The position numbers were made by a program, and so were the translations under genes. The notes under the pieces were generated by a model. That model did not search any database. It was not told the origin of the DNA and worked only from the letters and a program-made list of their open reading frames with translations. Positions 9,932 to 20,001 of a DNA stretch of 64,000 bases are shown piece by piece. Each line of letters opens with the position of its first letter. The stretch's first letter is position 1. The DNA comes from a bacterium (lineage in GTDB: Bacteria; UBA8248): the NCBI GenBank assembly GCA_965199855.1, contig OZ241326.1:1664001-1728000 (forward strand), given 5' to 3'.

Positions 9932-12900
9932 ATGCCTGTTCGTCGCTCGGGCGCCAAGCCCAAACCCGCGTCAAGCTCGCTTTCCGAGAGAACCGGCGAA
10001 ATCGTCGGCCTGTGCCTGATCGGCTTCGCAGTCTTTCTGGCGATGTCGCTGTGGACTTTCCACGCCGGCGATCCCTCCTGGGGTTCGCGCGTCAACGCGG
10101 AATGGTCGGTTCGCAATTACGGGGGGGTCGTGGGCGCGCACGCCGCGGGCGTCATGGTGCAGACGCTGGGCGCCTTCTCCGCGCTCATGCCCGTGGGCCT
10201 GATTCTCTGGGGGGTGGCGGCGTTCGCCGGTCTGCGCTCCTGGCGGCCGGGCTGGCGCGGGCTGGTCGGCCTGCTTTGGCTCCTGAGCGCGTCGGGCCTG
10301 CTTTACAAGGCGTTCGCCGTCGATCCTCTCTTCGGGGCGCCGACGCTGGCGGGCGGCATGGTCGGCTACCTCGTCGTGAAGGCGCTGGAAGCCTATCTGG
10401 GAGGGGCGGGAAGCGGGCTTTCGCTCGTCTTCGTCTTTCTCGCCGCCCTCGTCGGGGCGACGGGCTTCTCGCTCAGAAAACTGGCCGCCGCGTTCGCGGG
10501 CGCGCAGGCGTGGTTTCTCTCGCGCTTTTTCGCAAGGATGAAAAAAGCCGCGCGGAAAGCGTCCCGGGGCGCCGCGTCCCGCGCCAAAAGGCTGGGCGCG
10601 GCGGCCATGGCCCTGCGCCTCTCTTTGCGCCGGCGCGCGCCCGCCGATGAATACGAAGCCGAATACGTAGAGGCCGTATGCGCCGGGGAGAATGAGGCCG
10701 GATATGTCGAGGAGTATGAGGGAGAAGAGGCCGGATATGGCGATGCGCGTGAAGCGCGGGATGAGGACGCCGGATATGCCGATGGTGAACTGATCGGCGC
10801 GGCGCCGGAGCCTTCGGGCGCTTCGCGGGAACGGGAGGTTGTCGAACCGGCCGCCGCGCCGGATGACTCGCTCCCGCCGCGTCGAAAGAACGGGCGGGAC
10901 GGCCGGCGCGCCGCCGGGTTTTCGGAGGAGGGCGGCCCCTCGCTGTTCGGCGGCGGGAAATTCCCCGAGACGGAGGCGTTCGCGCCCTCCGCGCGGGCGA
11001 TGGAGGAGGAGCCGGCGCGCCCCGAAGCCGCCCCGGACGCGCTTTGCGGACCGGCGACCGACTCCGGCGGAGAGGCGCGCGGAGGGCGGGAGAAGGCGCC
11101 GCCCCGGGAGGATGAGCCGCTCCGGCCTTCCGCCGACGAAGAAGAGGGGGCCGGCCCGTCCCTGCTGGACGCGACGACCGGCGAGGCGCGGGGAGCGGAC
11201 GCCGGCGATGCGGCGGGCGGCGGCGCGGAGGCCTGGGGAGAGCCGATCTCTCAGGATCCGCGAGATATGGAATATCCGGAACATCCGCGAAGCGCGCCGG
11301 AGGAGCAGCAGCAGCCGCATCCCTATGGCGACGCTTCTCTGGAGGCGATGGAAGAGATCGAAGAACGCGAAGAAGACGCTCTCTCGCGCGAGGCGCCGGC
11401 CGCGCCGCTCGCCGAACTGATTTCCGACGACGCCGGGAGGCGCCCCGCCGATTCGCCTCCGGCGAACGCGGAGGATTCCCCGGAGGATGATGACCCGGTG
11501 GAGGCTCTGCTGGAGTCCATCTCCGGCGGAGCGTCGGGGGACGCCCTCCCGGAAAACGGGGCATTGAAGGCCGGAGCGTCGGAGAACGGAGCGTCCGCGA
11601 AAGGTGCCCCGGAAAGCGCGGCATCGGGAAATGGCGCCCCGGGAAGCGGCGCGTCAGGGAACGGCGAGGCCCCGGCCGGGGACGTGAAGGTTCGGAGCGC
11701 GGGAGCGGACGGGGAGGCGGAGGTCGTCCGCATCCAGGAGGACTCTCTGGTTCGCTCCGGGGCGGGGACGGAGACCCGCGCGGTCGGAAGGCGTCCCCCC
11801 GAGCCGAGGCGGGAATACAGGCTTCCTTCGCTGGAGATTTTCGCGGACCCGCCCGCCGGCGGGCTGATAGTGGACGAGGCGGCCATCCGCGAGAAGTCGC
11901 TGCTTCTGGAGCAGACCCTGGGCGAGTTCGGCGTCAGCGGAAAAGTGACGGAGGTGAAGACGGGCCCGGTCATCACCATCTTCGAGTATGACCCCGCCCC
12001 GGGCATCAAGGTTTCCAAAATCACCGGCCTCGCCGACGACCTCGCCCGCGCACTCTCCGCGCTCAGCGTGCGCATCGTCGCCCCGATACCCGGAAAGTCG
12101 GTCGTGGGCATCGAGGTTCCCAACCTCAAGCGCGGCGCGGTGTTCGCCAAGGAGGTGTTCTCCTCGAGAGAGTTCCTCCAGGCGGAGAGCAAGCTCACCA
12201 TGGGCCTGGGCAAGGACATTCTCGGAAGAACGGCGTTCACCGACCTGGCGACGATTCCCCATCTTCTCATCGCGGGCACGACCGGCTCGGGGAAGAGCGT
12301 CGCCCTGAACATGATGATCTGCAGCCTTCTGGCGAGGCGCACGCCGCGCGAGGTGCGCTTCTTGATGATCGACCCCAAGATGCTGGAGCTCTCCATCTAC
12401 GAGGGCATCCCCCACCAGCTCGTGCCCGTGGTGACCGACCCGAAGAAGGCCGCGGCGGGACTGCGGGGCGTCCTGGCGGAGATGGAGCGCCGCTACCGGC
12501 TCATGAGCGAGGCGGGGGTGCGGAACATCCAGGGCTACAACGAGTCCGTGGCGCGGCAGCTGGGCGAGCGGGAATCGGAGCGGAGGCTGAAGGAGCCTCC
12601 CTCCGGGGAGAGCGAGGCGCTGGACTTCCTGCCCTACGTCGTCGTGGTGATAGACGAGCTGGCGGACTTGATGATGGTCGCCCCGCGCGAGGTGGAGGAG
12701 TCGATGACGCGCCTGGCGCAGATGGCGCGCGCCTCGGGGATCCACCTGCTGGTGGCGACCCAGCGTCCCTCGGTGGACGTTCTCACCGGCCTCATCAAGG
12801 CGAATTTTCCCTCCCGCATGGCCCTGCGCGTGGCCACCAGGACGGACTCGCGGACGATTCTGGACGCGAACGGCGCGGAGCGGCTTCTGGGCAAGGGGGA

Positions 12901-13300
12901 CATGCTCTTCGTGCCGCCCGGCTCGAGCGTTCCCGTCCGCATTCACGGCGCCTACGTTTCGGACGAAGAAATCTCGCAGCTGGTGGCGCACTGGAAGGGC
13001 CAGGGCTCGGCGGTGTTCCACGAGGACTGGTTCGTGGAGGAGGAGAGCGCGTCCGCGGGCGAGGAGGGCGAGGAGGAGGAGCACGACGAGCGCTACGACG
13101 ACGCCATCGCCCTGGTCGCCAGAACGCGCGAGGCGTCCATCTCCCTCATCCAGCGACATTTGCGGATTGGATACAACAGGGCGGCGCGCATGATCGAGCG
13201 CATGGAGCAGGAGGGAATCATCGGCCCGGCGGACGGCGTGAAGCGCAGGCAGGTGCTGGTGAGCGAGATTCCGGGAGAGGAGCCGGTGGAGGCTTCCTGA
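9932..13300 (+). CDS. ftsK: DNA translocase FtsK
   Basis: 4TM N-terminal domain (NYGGVVGA), long acidic linker, PHLLIAGTTGSGKS Walker A, VVIDELADLM Walker B, ATQRPSVDV, gamma domain SISLIQRHLRIGYNRAAR. Confidence 0.96.
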   Translation: MPVRRSGAKPKPASSSLSERTGEIVGLCLIGFAVFLAMSLWTFHAGDPSWGSRVNAEWSVRNYGGVVGAHAAGVMVQTLGAFSALMPVGLILWGVAAFAGLRSWRPGWRGLVGLLWLLSASGLLYKAFAVDPLFGAPTLAGGMVGYLVVKALEAYLGGAGSGLSLVFVFLAALVGATGFSLRKLAAAFAGAQAWFLSRFFARMKKAARKASRGAASRAKRLGAAAMALRLSLRRRAPADEYEAEYVEAVCAGENEAGYVEEYEGEEAGYGDAREARDEDAGYADGELIGAAPEPSGASREREVVEPAAAPDDSLPPRRKNGRDGRRAAGFSEEGGPSLFGGGKFPETEAFAPSARAMEEEPARPEAAPDALCGPATDSGGEARGGREKAPPREDEPLRPSADEEEGAGPSLLDATTGEARGADAGDAAGGGAEAWGEPISQDPRDMEYPEHPRSAPEEQQQPHPYGDASLEAMEEIEEREEDALSREAPAAPLAELISDDAGRRPADSPPANAEDSPEDDDPVEALLESISGGASGDALPENGALKAGASENGASAKGAPESAASGNGAPGSGASGNGEAPAGDVKVRSAGADGEAEVVRIQEDSLVRSGAGTETRAVGRRPPEPRREYRLPSLEIFADPPAGGLIVDEAAIREKSLLLEQTLGEFGVSGKVTEVKTGPVITIFEYDPAPGIKVSKITGLADDLARALSALSVRIVAPIPGKSVVGIEVPNLKRGAVFAKEVFSSREFLQAESKLTMGLGKDILGRTAFTDLATIPHLLIAGTTGSGKSVALNMMICSLLARRTPREVRFLMIDPKMLELSIYEGIPHQLVPVVTDPKKAAAGLRGVLAEMERRYRLMSEAGVRNIQGYNESVARQLGERESERRLKEPPSGESEALDFLPYVVVVIDELADLMMVAPREVEESMTRLAQMARASGIHLLVATQRPSVDVLTGLIKANFPSRMALRVATRTDSRTILDANGAERLLGKGDMLFVPPGSSVPVRIHGAYVSDEEISQLVAHWKGQGSAVFHEDWFVEEESASAGEEGEEEEHDERYDDAIALVARTREASISLIQRHLRIGYNRAARMIERMEQEGIIGPADGVKRRQVLVSEIPGEEPVEAS

Positions 13301-13561
13301 GCCGCCTTGGGCGCGCTTGTCGTCCTTCGCGCGCCGGCTTCGTCCTTCAGCGCGGGACGCGGGAGCGTCCATCTCCAACCATCCTGACGGAGAGTCGGGG
13401 CGGCGGTTGACGACCGCCGGCCGATGGGGAATGATGCGTCTGCGGGTCGGGAAGCATCGCCCACGCGCCCCCGGCTCCATCACCCCGGCCTCCCGGGTGC
13501 CCTTTCGCGGTTCGCGCGGGTTCCCGGGGCTTCGATCAGGCTTGCTCCCGGAGGAGAGGAA

Positions 13562-13888
13562 ATGGCTGAAGGCGTTCTCGAGTTCACGGACCAGAATTTT
13601 CAGGCGGACGTCATCGACTCCGCTGCGCCCGTTCTGGTCGATTTCTGGGCGGAGTGGTGCGCCCCCTGCAAGATGATCGCCCCCGCGGTGGAGGCGCTCG
13701 CCAGCGAATACGAGGGCAGGGTGCGCATCGGCAAGCTGAACATCGACGATAACCCCTCGACTCCCTCGAAATTCGGGATACGCGGCATCCCGACCCTCAT
13801 GCTGTTCAAGGGGGGCGAGGTCGCCGAGCAGATCGTGGGCGTGAAGCCCAAGGCGGACTTGAAGGCCGCCATCGATCGCGCCCTCTAG
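13562..13888 (+). CDS. trxA: thioredoxin
   Basis: VLVDFWAEWCAPCK, GIRGIPTL; GGAGGAG RBS before ATG 13562. Confidence 0.95.
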   Translation: MAEGVLEFTDQNFQADVIDSAAPVLVDFWAEWCAPCKMIAPAVEALASEYEGRVRIGKLNIDDNPSTPSKFGIRGIPTLMLFKGGEVAEQIVGVKPKADLKAAIDRAL

Positions 13889-13938
13889 CCTGGCGCCGCG
13901 CTCCTTGGCTCTCTGACGACTCAGGGAAGTCCCGCCTC

Positions 13939-14745
13939 TTGTCCTGGCTGCGCGAAGCGGCGCTTGACGCATCCGGCCACCGAATCGCCTTCTGCGAGGC
14001 CGGCCCCCCGGACGCGCCCGGCGCGCTCGTCTGCGTTCACGGGGCGGGAGGGAGCAGGGAGGGCTGGATTCGCCTGATGCGCGATCTGGCCGGGCGGGGC
14101 GTCGCGAGCCTGGCGCTCGAACTGCCCGGCCACGGAAAATCCAGCCCCGCGCGGATAGCGGATATTGGGGAATACGCCGGAATCGTCCTGCGGTTTCTGG
14201 AAGCGCGGAAGCTTGAGGCCGCCTGTCTGGCCGGCCATTCCATGGGCGGGGCGGTGGCGTTGCGGTGCGCCCTGTCGCGGCCCGGACTGCCGGGCGGCCT
14301 CGTTCTCATCGGAACCGGCGGGAGGCTCCGCGTGAAGCGGTCGATTCTGGAGGGCGCCGAGAGCCGCTTCGAGGAGACGGTGGAGGAAATCATCGCCTCC
14401 GCCTTCTCCCCGACGGCGGCGGAGGCGCTCCTGAGCGAGGGCGCGCGCGGCCTGCGCTCCTGCCGCCCGGAGACGCTGCGCGGCGACTTTCTCGCGTGCG
14501 ACGCGTTCGACGTTCTCTCCGAACTCGAATCCATCGCCGCGCCCGCCCTGGTCGTCTGCGGGGAGGACGATCTTCTGACGCCGCCCAAATACGCGCGGTT
14601 CCTCGCCGACGGGATGCCGGACGCCAGGCTCGCCCTCATCCCGCGGGCCGGCCACATGGCGATGCTCGAGCGGCCGGAGGCGGTCGGCTCCGAGATCGCG
14701 CGGTTTCTGGATGACCTGCGGGCGTCTCCCGACTCCGGGGGATGA
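13939..14745 (+). CDS. alpha/beta fold hydrolase
   Basis: HGAGG oxyanion loop, LPGHGKS, GHSMGG nucleophile elbow, GEDD acid, AGH histidine. Confidence 0.9.
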   Translation: MSWLREAALDASGHRIAFCEAGPPDAPGALVCVHGAGGSREGWIRLMRDLAGRGVASLALELPGHGKSSPARIADIGEYAGIVLRFLEARKLEAACLAGHSMGGAVALRCALSRPGLPGGLVLIGTGGRLRVKRSILEGAESRFEETVEEIIASAFSPTAAEALLSEGARGLRSCRPETLRGDFLACDAFDVLSELESIAAPALVVCGEDDLLTPPKYARFLADGMPDARLALIPRAGHMAMLERPEAVGSEIARFLDDLRASPDSGG

Positions 14746-14754
14746 GCCGAGGCG

Positions 14755-15636
14755 ATGAATCCCGCGCTTGGAACCATGAGAACGCCCCTCTATTTCATCC
14801 TGTTCGCGGGAGTCGCCGCCCTCGGGTTCTCCGCCGTCCTCATCCGCATGGCGGACGCGGAGCCTCTGGCGATAGCGGCGTATCGCATGGGCGGCGGCGC
14901 CCTGCTGCTGCTGCCGTTCACGGGCGCGGGCGTCCGCGCCGCGTGGAGGGCCTGCTCCCGCCGGGAAAGGGCCGTCTGGGCGGGCTCGGGCGCGTTTCTG
15001 GCGCTGCACTTCGCTCTGTGGATAGAGTCTCTCTCCCACACCTCGGTGGCGAGCTCCGTCACGCTGGCGACGACGAACCCTGTTTTCGCGGGCGTCGGCG
15101 GCGTCCTCCTTCTGGGGGAGAGGGAGCGGGCGAATTTCTGGCTGGGCGTTCTGCTGGCCGTCATGGGCGGCGCCGCGCTGGCCTTCTCCGACTTCGCGGG
15201 CCGGGCGTCCACCTTCCGGGGAAACTCTCTCGCGCTCGCCTCGGCCGTCATGGCCTCGGCCTACATGCTGTGCGGCCGCAGGTTGCGGGTGAGAATTCCC
15301 GTGATGACCTACGTCACGGCCTGCTACGGGCTGAGCGGCGTCCTGCTTTTCGGCGCGGCGCTCGCCTTCGGGCATCCTCTCGGCGGATACGCCCCGGACA
15401 CCTGGCTGCTCCTGCTCGCCATGATCCTGGGCCCGACGCTGATCGGCCACACCTCCATCAACTACGCGCTGGGGCATCTGCATCCGGGCAAGGTGGCGCT
15501 CGCCGTCGTGGGAGAGCCGCTGGTGGCCACGGGCCTGGCGTGGTGGACGCTCGGCGAAGCGCCCACGCCGGCCCGGCTTCTCGCCTGCGCGATCATCCTG
15601 ACGGGCATCGTCGTGGGCGGAAGGACGGCGCGCTAG
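14755..15636 (+). CDS. DMT/EamA family transporter
   Basis: Two EamA repeats, LALHFALWIESLSHTSVASS, GHTSINYAL, GEPLVA; about 10 TM segments. Confidence 0.9.
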   Translation: MNPALGTMRTPLYFILFAGVAALGFSAVLIRMADAEPLAIAAYRMGGGALLLLPFTGAGVRAAWRACSRRERAVWAGSGAFLALHFALWIESLSHTSVASSVTLATTNPVFAGVGGVLLLGERERANFWLGVLLAVMGGAALAFSDFAGRASTFRGNSLALASAVMASAYMLCGRRLRVRIPVMTYVTACYGLSGVLLFGAALAFGHPLGGYAPDTWLLLLAMILGPTLIGHTSINYALGHLHPGKVALAVVGEPLVATGLAWWTLGEAPTPARLLACAIILTGIVVGGRTAR

Positions 15637-15704
15637 CGCTTTCCCGCGTCTCCCGCGCGGATTCCGCCGCCGCGCCATGGGCTTTGCGGACAGGAGGAGC
15701 GAAT

Positions 15705-16430
15705 ATGAGGAAAGCCGCGCGCGCCCTGCTCATCCCGCTCCTTGCCGCCTTCGCGCTTTCCGGCTGCGAGGGCCTGCGGGAGACGAAAACCCACTACGTC
15801 TCCCGCGCGGGCGGGTTCCGCGTCGGGAAGCTCCCCCCGGAGCGCTGGCGAAGGACGCCCGACGCCGCCGATGTTCTCGCGCTGAACGATCCCTCGACTT
15901 CCGTTCTCTACTTCAGCAATCCCTACACGGGGGGCGTGATAGCCCTCCAGGTTCTCCACCGCCACTATTCGGAAAAAGCCGCGTTCATGGACGAGATGCG
16001 CTACATCTACAGGCGGATGCTGAGCGCGCCGTTCGCGGACGTGCGCGCGGTGAGCGGCGGCGCCCACGCGCCCTTCGGGAAGGCGGTGAGGCTCTCGGAA
16101 TCGCGCGGCGCGCTTCGCGGCGAGTTTCACCTGCGGGGGCGGATGGGCGGAAGGCCGACCGCCCGGGCGCGGGAGCGGGCGCGCGCGCGCCTGGACGAGG
16201 AGCTTCCCTTCGGCGGGGCGCGAACGAGGGAGGAGCTCGCCGAGGAGCGCAAATTTCGCCAGGCGTCCCTCGCTTCCCCGCATTCGGCGGATTACCGCGG
16301 CAAGGTCGTCGTGCTTCTGCGGAAGGGAAAGCTGTATGAGTTCTACTACGTCGAGCGCGCGCCGATGTTCGGCGCCGGCCTGCGCGCGTTCGACGCCTTC
16401 GTCGAGAGTTTCGAGTTCCTCCCCTCGTAG
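15705..16430 (+). CDS. hypothetical lipoprotein
   Basis: AGGAGG RBS, then MRKAARALLIPLLAAFALSGC lipobox; this is the C-terminal part of ORF 14742..16430. Confidence 0.72.
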   Translation: MRKAARALLIPLLAAFALSGCEGLRETKTHYVSRAGGFRVGKLPPERWRRTPDAADVLALNDPSTSVLYFSNPYTGGVIALQVLHRHYSEKAAFMDEMRYIYRRMLSAPFADVRAVSGGAHAPFGKAVRLSESRGALRGEFHLRGRMGGRPTARARERARARLDEELPFGGARTREELAEERKFRQASLASPHSADYRGKVVVLLRKGKLYEFYYVERAPMFGAGLRAFDAFVESFEFLPS

Positions 16431-16510
16431 GGAGGCGAAGGGAGGCGGGCCGGCCGGAGGGGGAGAGCCTGTGGTTGTTCGCGCCGAAGGCCGCGCGGGG
16501 AGGCTGTAGA

Positions 16511-17050
16511 ATGGAGGCGGCCGCGAGGCTTTGCGTCCTCTCGGACACGCACGGGCGCCTCCCCCGGGAAGCGGTCGGGTTCTGCGAGGGGGCGGACGCC
16601 ATCCTCCACGCGGGCGACGCGGGCTCAGACGCCGTCCTGGCCGAGCTCGAAGGCGTCGCCCCCCTCGTCTGCGTCTCGGGGAACGTGGACGCCCCCGATC
16701 TCGCGCCGGCGCGGGCGCGAACCGGGGCGGCGGGCTGGCGCGTCCTGGTTCAGCACATCGTCTGGCGAAAAGGGGCGCCTTCCCCGGAGACGCGCGCGCT
16801 GCTCGAGGAGGCGGGGGCGGACCTGGTGGTCTTCGGCCATACCCACCAGCCGCTCTGCCAAAAGGTCGGGGAGACGGTTTTCTTCAACCCCGGCAGTTGC
16901 GGCCCCAGGCGCTTCGACCTGCCCCGCGCGGTCGGCGAGGCGGTTCTGGACGCCGCCGGGGGGTGGTTCCGCGTTCTCGACCTCGACCGGATGCGCGACG
17001 CGCCGCCTCTGGTCGAGGCGCGCTTCGGGCCTCCCGCCGCCTTCCGTTGA
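16511..17050 (+). CDS. YfcE-like metallophosphoesterase
   Basis: SDTHG, HAGD, GNVD, FGHTH and NPGS motifs. Confidence 0.9.
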   Translation: MEAAARLCVLSDTHGRLPREAVGFCEGADAILHAGDAGSDAVLAELEGVAPLVCVSGNVDAPDLAPARARTGAAGWRVLVQHIVWRKGAPSPETRALLEEAGADLVVFGHTHQPLCQKVGETVFFNPGSCGPRRFDLPRAVGEAVLDAAGGWFRVLDLDRMRDAPPLVEARFGPPAAFR

Positions 17051-17146
17051 AAAGCGGCGCGATTTCGCGCGTTGCTTTCGGCCGGAAATCCGGCTACGCT
17101 TCCTAGGTTGCGAAGCTTTGAACCCCATGCGTCTGGAGGATTGCCG

Positions 17147-18868
17147 TTGAAAGTCAAACTCGCGAGGACGGCCGGTTTCTGCTGGGGCGTGGAAAGGGCG
17201 CTCGACATCGCCCTGGACACGGCCAGCGAGGCGCCCGGCGACGTGCTCACGCACGGCCCGCTGATTCACAATCCGCAGACGGTGGAGCTGCTCGAGGAGA
17301 AGAGCGTCTTCGCCTCCGATCCGCGGGAAACGCCGGACGGGACGAGCCTGGTGGTCATCCGCGCGCACGGCATCTCCCCCCGGGCGCGCGAGCGGCTGCG
17401 GGGCTCGGGCGCCGGCATCCGCGACGCCACCTGTCCCCTGGTCGCCAAGGTGCACGGCGTCATCCGCAAGCATTCGCGGCTGGGCGCCTTCACGGTGATC
17501 ATCGGCGAGGAGGGCCACCCCGAAGTGGACGGACACAGGGGCTACGCGGAGGCCGGCAGCCACCTGGTGACGGGCATGGAGGACGTGGCCGGCCTTCCCG
17601 ACCTGGGGGATCGCCCCGTCGTGGTGGTCGCGCAGACGACCATCAACATGCGCGAGTGGGGGGACGTGGAGGAGGCGATACTGGCGAGATACCCCCAGGC
17701 GCGGATGTTCAACACGATTTGCGACGCGACGGAGGTGCGCCAGGAGGAGGTGAAGAAGCTCGCGCCCGGGGTCGATTTGGTGGTCGTGGTGGGCGGGCGC
17801 AACAGCGGCAACACGAACCGCCTCGTCGAGGTGGCGAAGGAGGGGGGCGCGGAGTCGATTCTCATCGAGACCGAAGAGGAGATCGACGAGAAATTTCTCC
17901 AGAAATACAAGAACGTCGCCGTCACGGCGGGCGCCTCCACGCCGGACTGGATGATACGGCGCGTCGTGAACCGCATCGAGGCGATTCCCGATCCGAACCG
18001 GGGCGCCGCGGACAGGCTTTTCGACTTCCTCAAGCTGCTCACGCGGGCGAACGCGCTCGTTTTCCTCTCCGCGCTGCTGGGGAGCGTCGCCGCCTTGAGG
18101 CTGGGCGGCTTTCCCTTCTCGATGAAGATGGCGCTCACGGCGGGCCTGTATCTCTTCGCCCTGCACACGCTCAACCGCTGCATCACCTTCGAGGCGGACA
18201 GATACAACGAGCCGAACCGCTCCCGGTTCTACGAAAGCCGCAAGACCGCGATGCTGGGCCTGGGCGCCGCCGCCGCCCTCGCCTCCCTCGCGCTCGGCGC
18301 GAGCGTCTCCTGGGCGATCGGCGGCGTCATGCTCGTGGGGCTCGCCCTGGCCGTCCTGTTCAGCTTCAGCCTCGATCCGCGCGCCCACGCGCAGCGGACG
18401 GCGAGTTTCCCCGCCTCGAAAATCCTGCTGCTCACGATCGGGTGGACGTGCGCCCTGGCGCTTCTGCCCGCCATGGCGAACCCGGAGCTGACATCGGCGG
18501 GGGGGCTGGCCGCGTCCGCGCTCCTCGTTTTCGGCCTGACGTTCCTTCGCACCGGCCTGATGGAGCTGCGCGACATCCAGGGGGATCGGATCGTGGGCAA
18601 GCGAACGCTGCCGATCGTGCTGGGAAAGGAGCAGACCGAGGCGCTTCTGGGGGCGATTTGCGCCGCGCTGGCGGCGCTCCTGCTCAGCGCCTCCCTGAAC
18701 GGGTGGGTGGAGCCGCTCTTCGGCGCGCTCATGCTCGTCCCCGCGGCATACGCGGGCGCGTGCCTCTGGCTGTATGTCCGAAAAATACTGGGACACGGCG
18801 GATTGACGGAGGCCGTGGTCGAGCAGACGCTCGTCATCGCGGGCGTTCTGGCGCTGCTGTCGATGTAG
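17147..18868 (+). CDS. ispH: 4-hydroxy-3-methylbut-2-enyl diphosphate reductase fused to a C-terminal UbiA-like membrane domain
   Basis: GFCWGV, HGPLIHN, RAHG, DATCP, GHPEV, QTT, NTICDAT, GGRNSGNT and TAGASTP; followed by many TM helices with DIQGDRIVGKRTLP (UbiA second acidic motif). TTG start after GGAGG. Confidence 0.93.
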   Translation: MKVKLARTAGFCWGVERALDIALDTASEAPGDVLTHGPLIHNPQTVELLEEKSVFASDPRETPDGTSLVVIRAHGISPRARERLRGSGAGIRDATCPLVAKVHGVIRKHSRLGAFTVIIGEEGHPEVDGHRGYAEAGSHLVTGMEDVAGLPDLGDRPVVVVAQTTINMREWGDVEEAILARYPQARMFNTICDATEVRQEEVKKLAPGVDLVVVVGGRNSGNTNRLVEVAKEGGAESILIETEEEIDEKFLQKYKNVAVTAGASTPDWMIRRVVNRIEAIPDPNRGAADRLFDFLKLLTRANALVFLSALLGSVAALRLGGFPFSMKMALTAGLYLFALHTLNRCITFEADRYNEPNRSRFYESRKTAMLGLGAAAALASLALGASVSWAIGGVMLVGLALAVLFSFSLDPRAHAQRTASFPASKILLLTIGWTCALALLPAMANPELTSAGGLAASALLVFGLTFLRTGLMELRDIQGDRIVGKRTLPIVLGKEQTEALLGAICAALAALLLSASLNGWVEPLFGALMLVPAAYAGACLWLYVRKILGHGGLTEAVVEQTLVIAGVLALLSM

Positions 18869-18893
18869 GGGCGCCCCTCCTTCGCCCATGAGA

Positions 18894-18929
18894 AAGGCCG
18901 CGCCCGAATGGCGCGGCCTTGTCCTTTTT
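18894..18929 (+). terminator. probable intrinsic terminator between convergent genes
   Basis: AAGGCCGCGCC-CGAAT-GGCGCGGCCTT hairpin followed by GTCCTTTTT. Confidence 0.55.
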
Positions 18930-18997
18930 GTCAGCGAGAGCGGCGGCGTTCGCCCGTCCGCGCTCCGGCTTTCGCCCGCTTTCGCGGAAAGCCTCCG

Positions 18998-19318
18998 CTA
19001 GGTGCCCCGCGCGGCGCGCTTCGAGGCCTTGAGCGGGTTCAGCTTCTTCTCCAGAGGCGCCTCGAAGTCCACCTTGATGTGCGTGGCGAGGGAGCACCTG
19101 CCGCGCTCCCAGCGATTTTCCGGGTTGGGGTATCTGGAGCAGTATTTCCCCTTCGGCGTCTCGAAGACGTGATCGCACGGCTTCTCGTCGTCGCCCGATA
19201 GGCATTCCTCCACGACGGGAAGGCAGGCGCTCCCGTTGTAGGAGCATTTGTTCCTGTCGCTCGCGCCCTTCACGGCGAAATGGCACTCGACGGGCGCTTC
19301 CAAAAGCGCGCACTCCAT
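18998..19318 (-). CDS. PxxKW-family-like cysteine-rich small protein
   Basis: MECALLEAPVECHF...CSYNGSACLPVVEEC...CDH...YCSRYPNPENRWERGRCSLATH...KKLNPLKASKR; the Cys spacing and NPLKASKR tail match this family as I recall it. Confidence 0.75.
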   Translation of the reverse strand: MECALLEAPVECHFAVKGASDRNKCSYNGSACLPVVEECLSGDDEKPCDHVFETPKGKYCSRYPNPENRWERGRCSLATHIKVDFEAPLEKKLNPLKASKRAARGT

Positions 19319-19569
19319 GGCGTCCCCCACTTGGCTGAAAAACGAACGGCGTCGAACCGGAGCCGGCGGCCGCGCCGCGGGCTCCGCGAGAAAGCGCGTG
19401 GAGTGTAGGGAAAACCCGCGCCCGGCGCAACCGCCGCCGCGATTCGGAAGGAGTCCGGAAAATTCCCGAGGCGCCCGATTTCTCAGGGTCGAAACATCGC
19501 GGAAACGCGGGGGGCGTATATGCGTCACGCCGGAGGCGGAGAGCCGCCGTCCGGGGAGCGCGCCGTTGA

Positions 19570-19597
19570 TTGACGGCCGCCCGCCGCGTGTTATAGT
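19570..19597 (+). promoter_or_regulatory. putative sigma70 promoter for glnB-glnD
   Basis: TTGACG-N16-TATAGT with an extended -10 TG, about 55 nt upstream of glnB. Confidence 0.55.
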
Positions 19598-19632
19598 CGG
19601 GGCGCAGCGAGCCTGCTGGAACTTTCACATGA

Positions 19633-19989
<357 letters not shown>

Positions 19990-20001
19990 CCCGGCTCCCC
20001 C

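Noticed and set aside
13440-13550. CCCCGGCTCCATCA resembling a tRNA or tmRNA 3' end upstream of trxA
   Set aside because: There is no T-loop (GTTCRA) at the right spacing and no cloverleaf.
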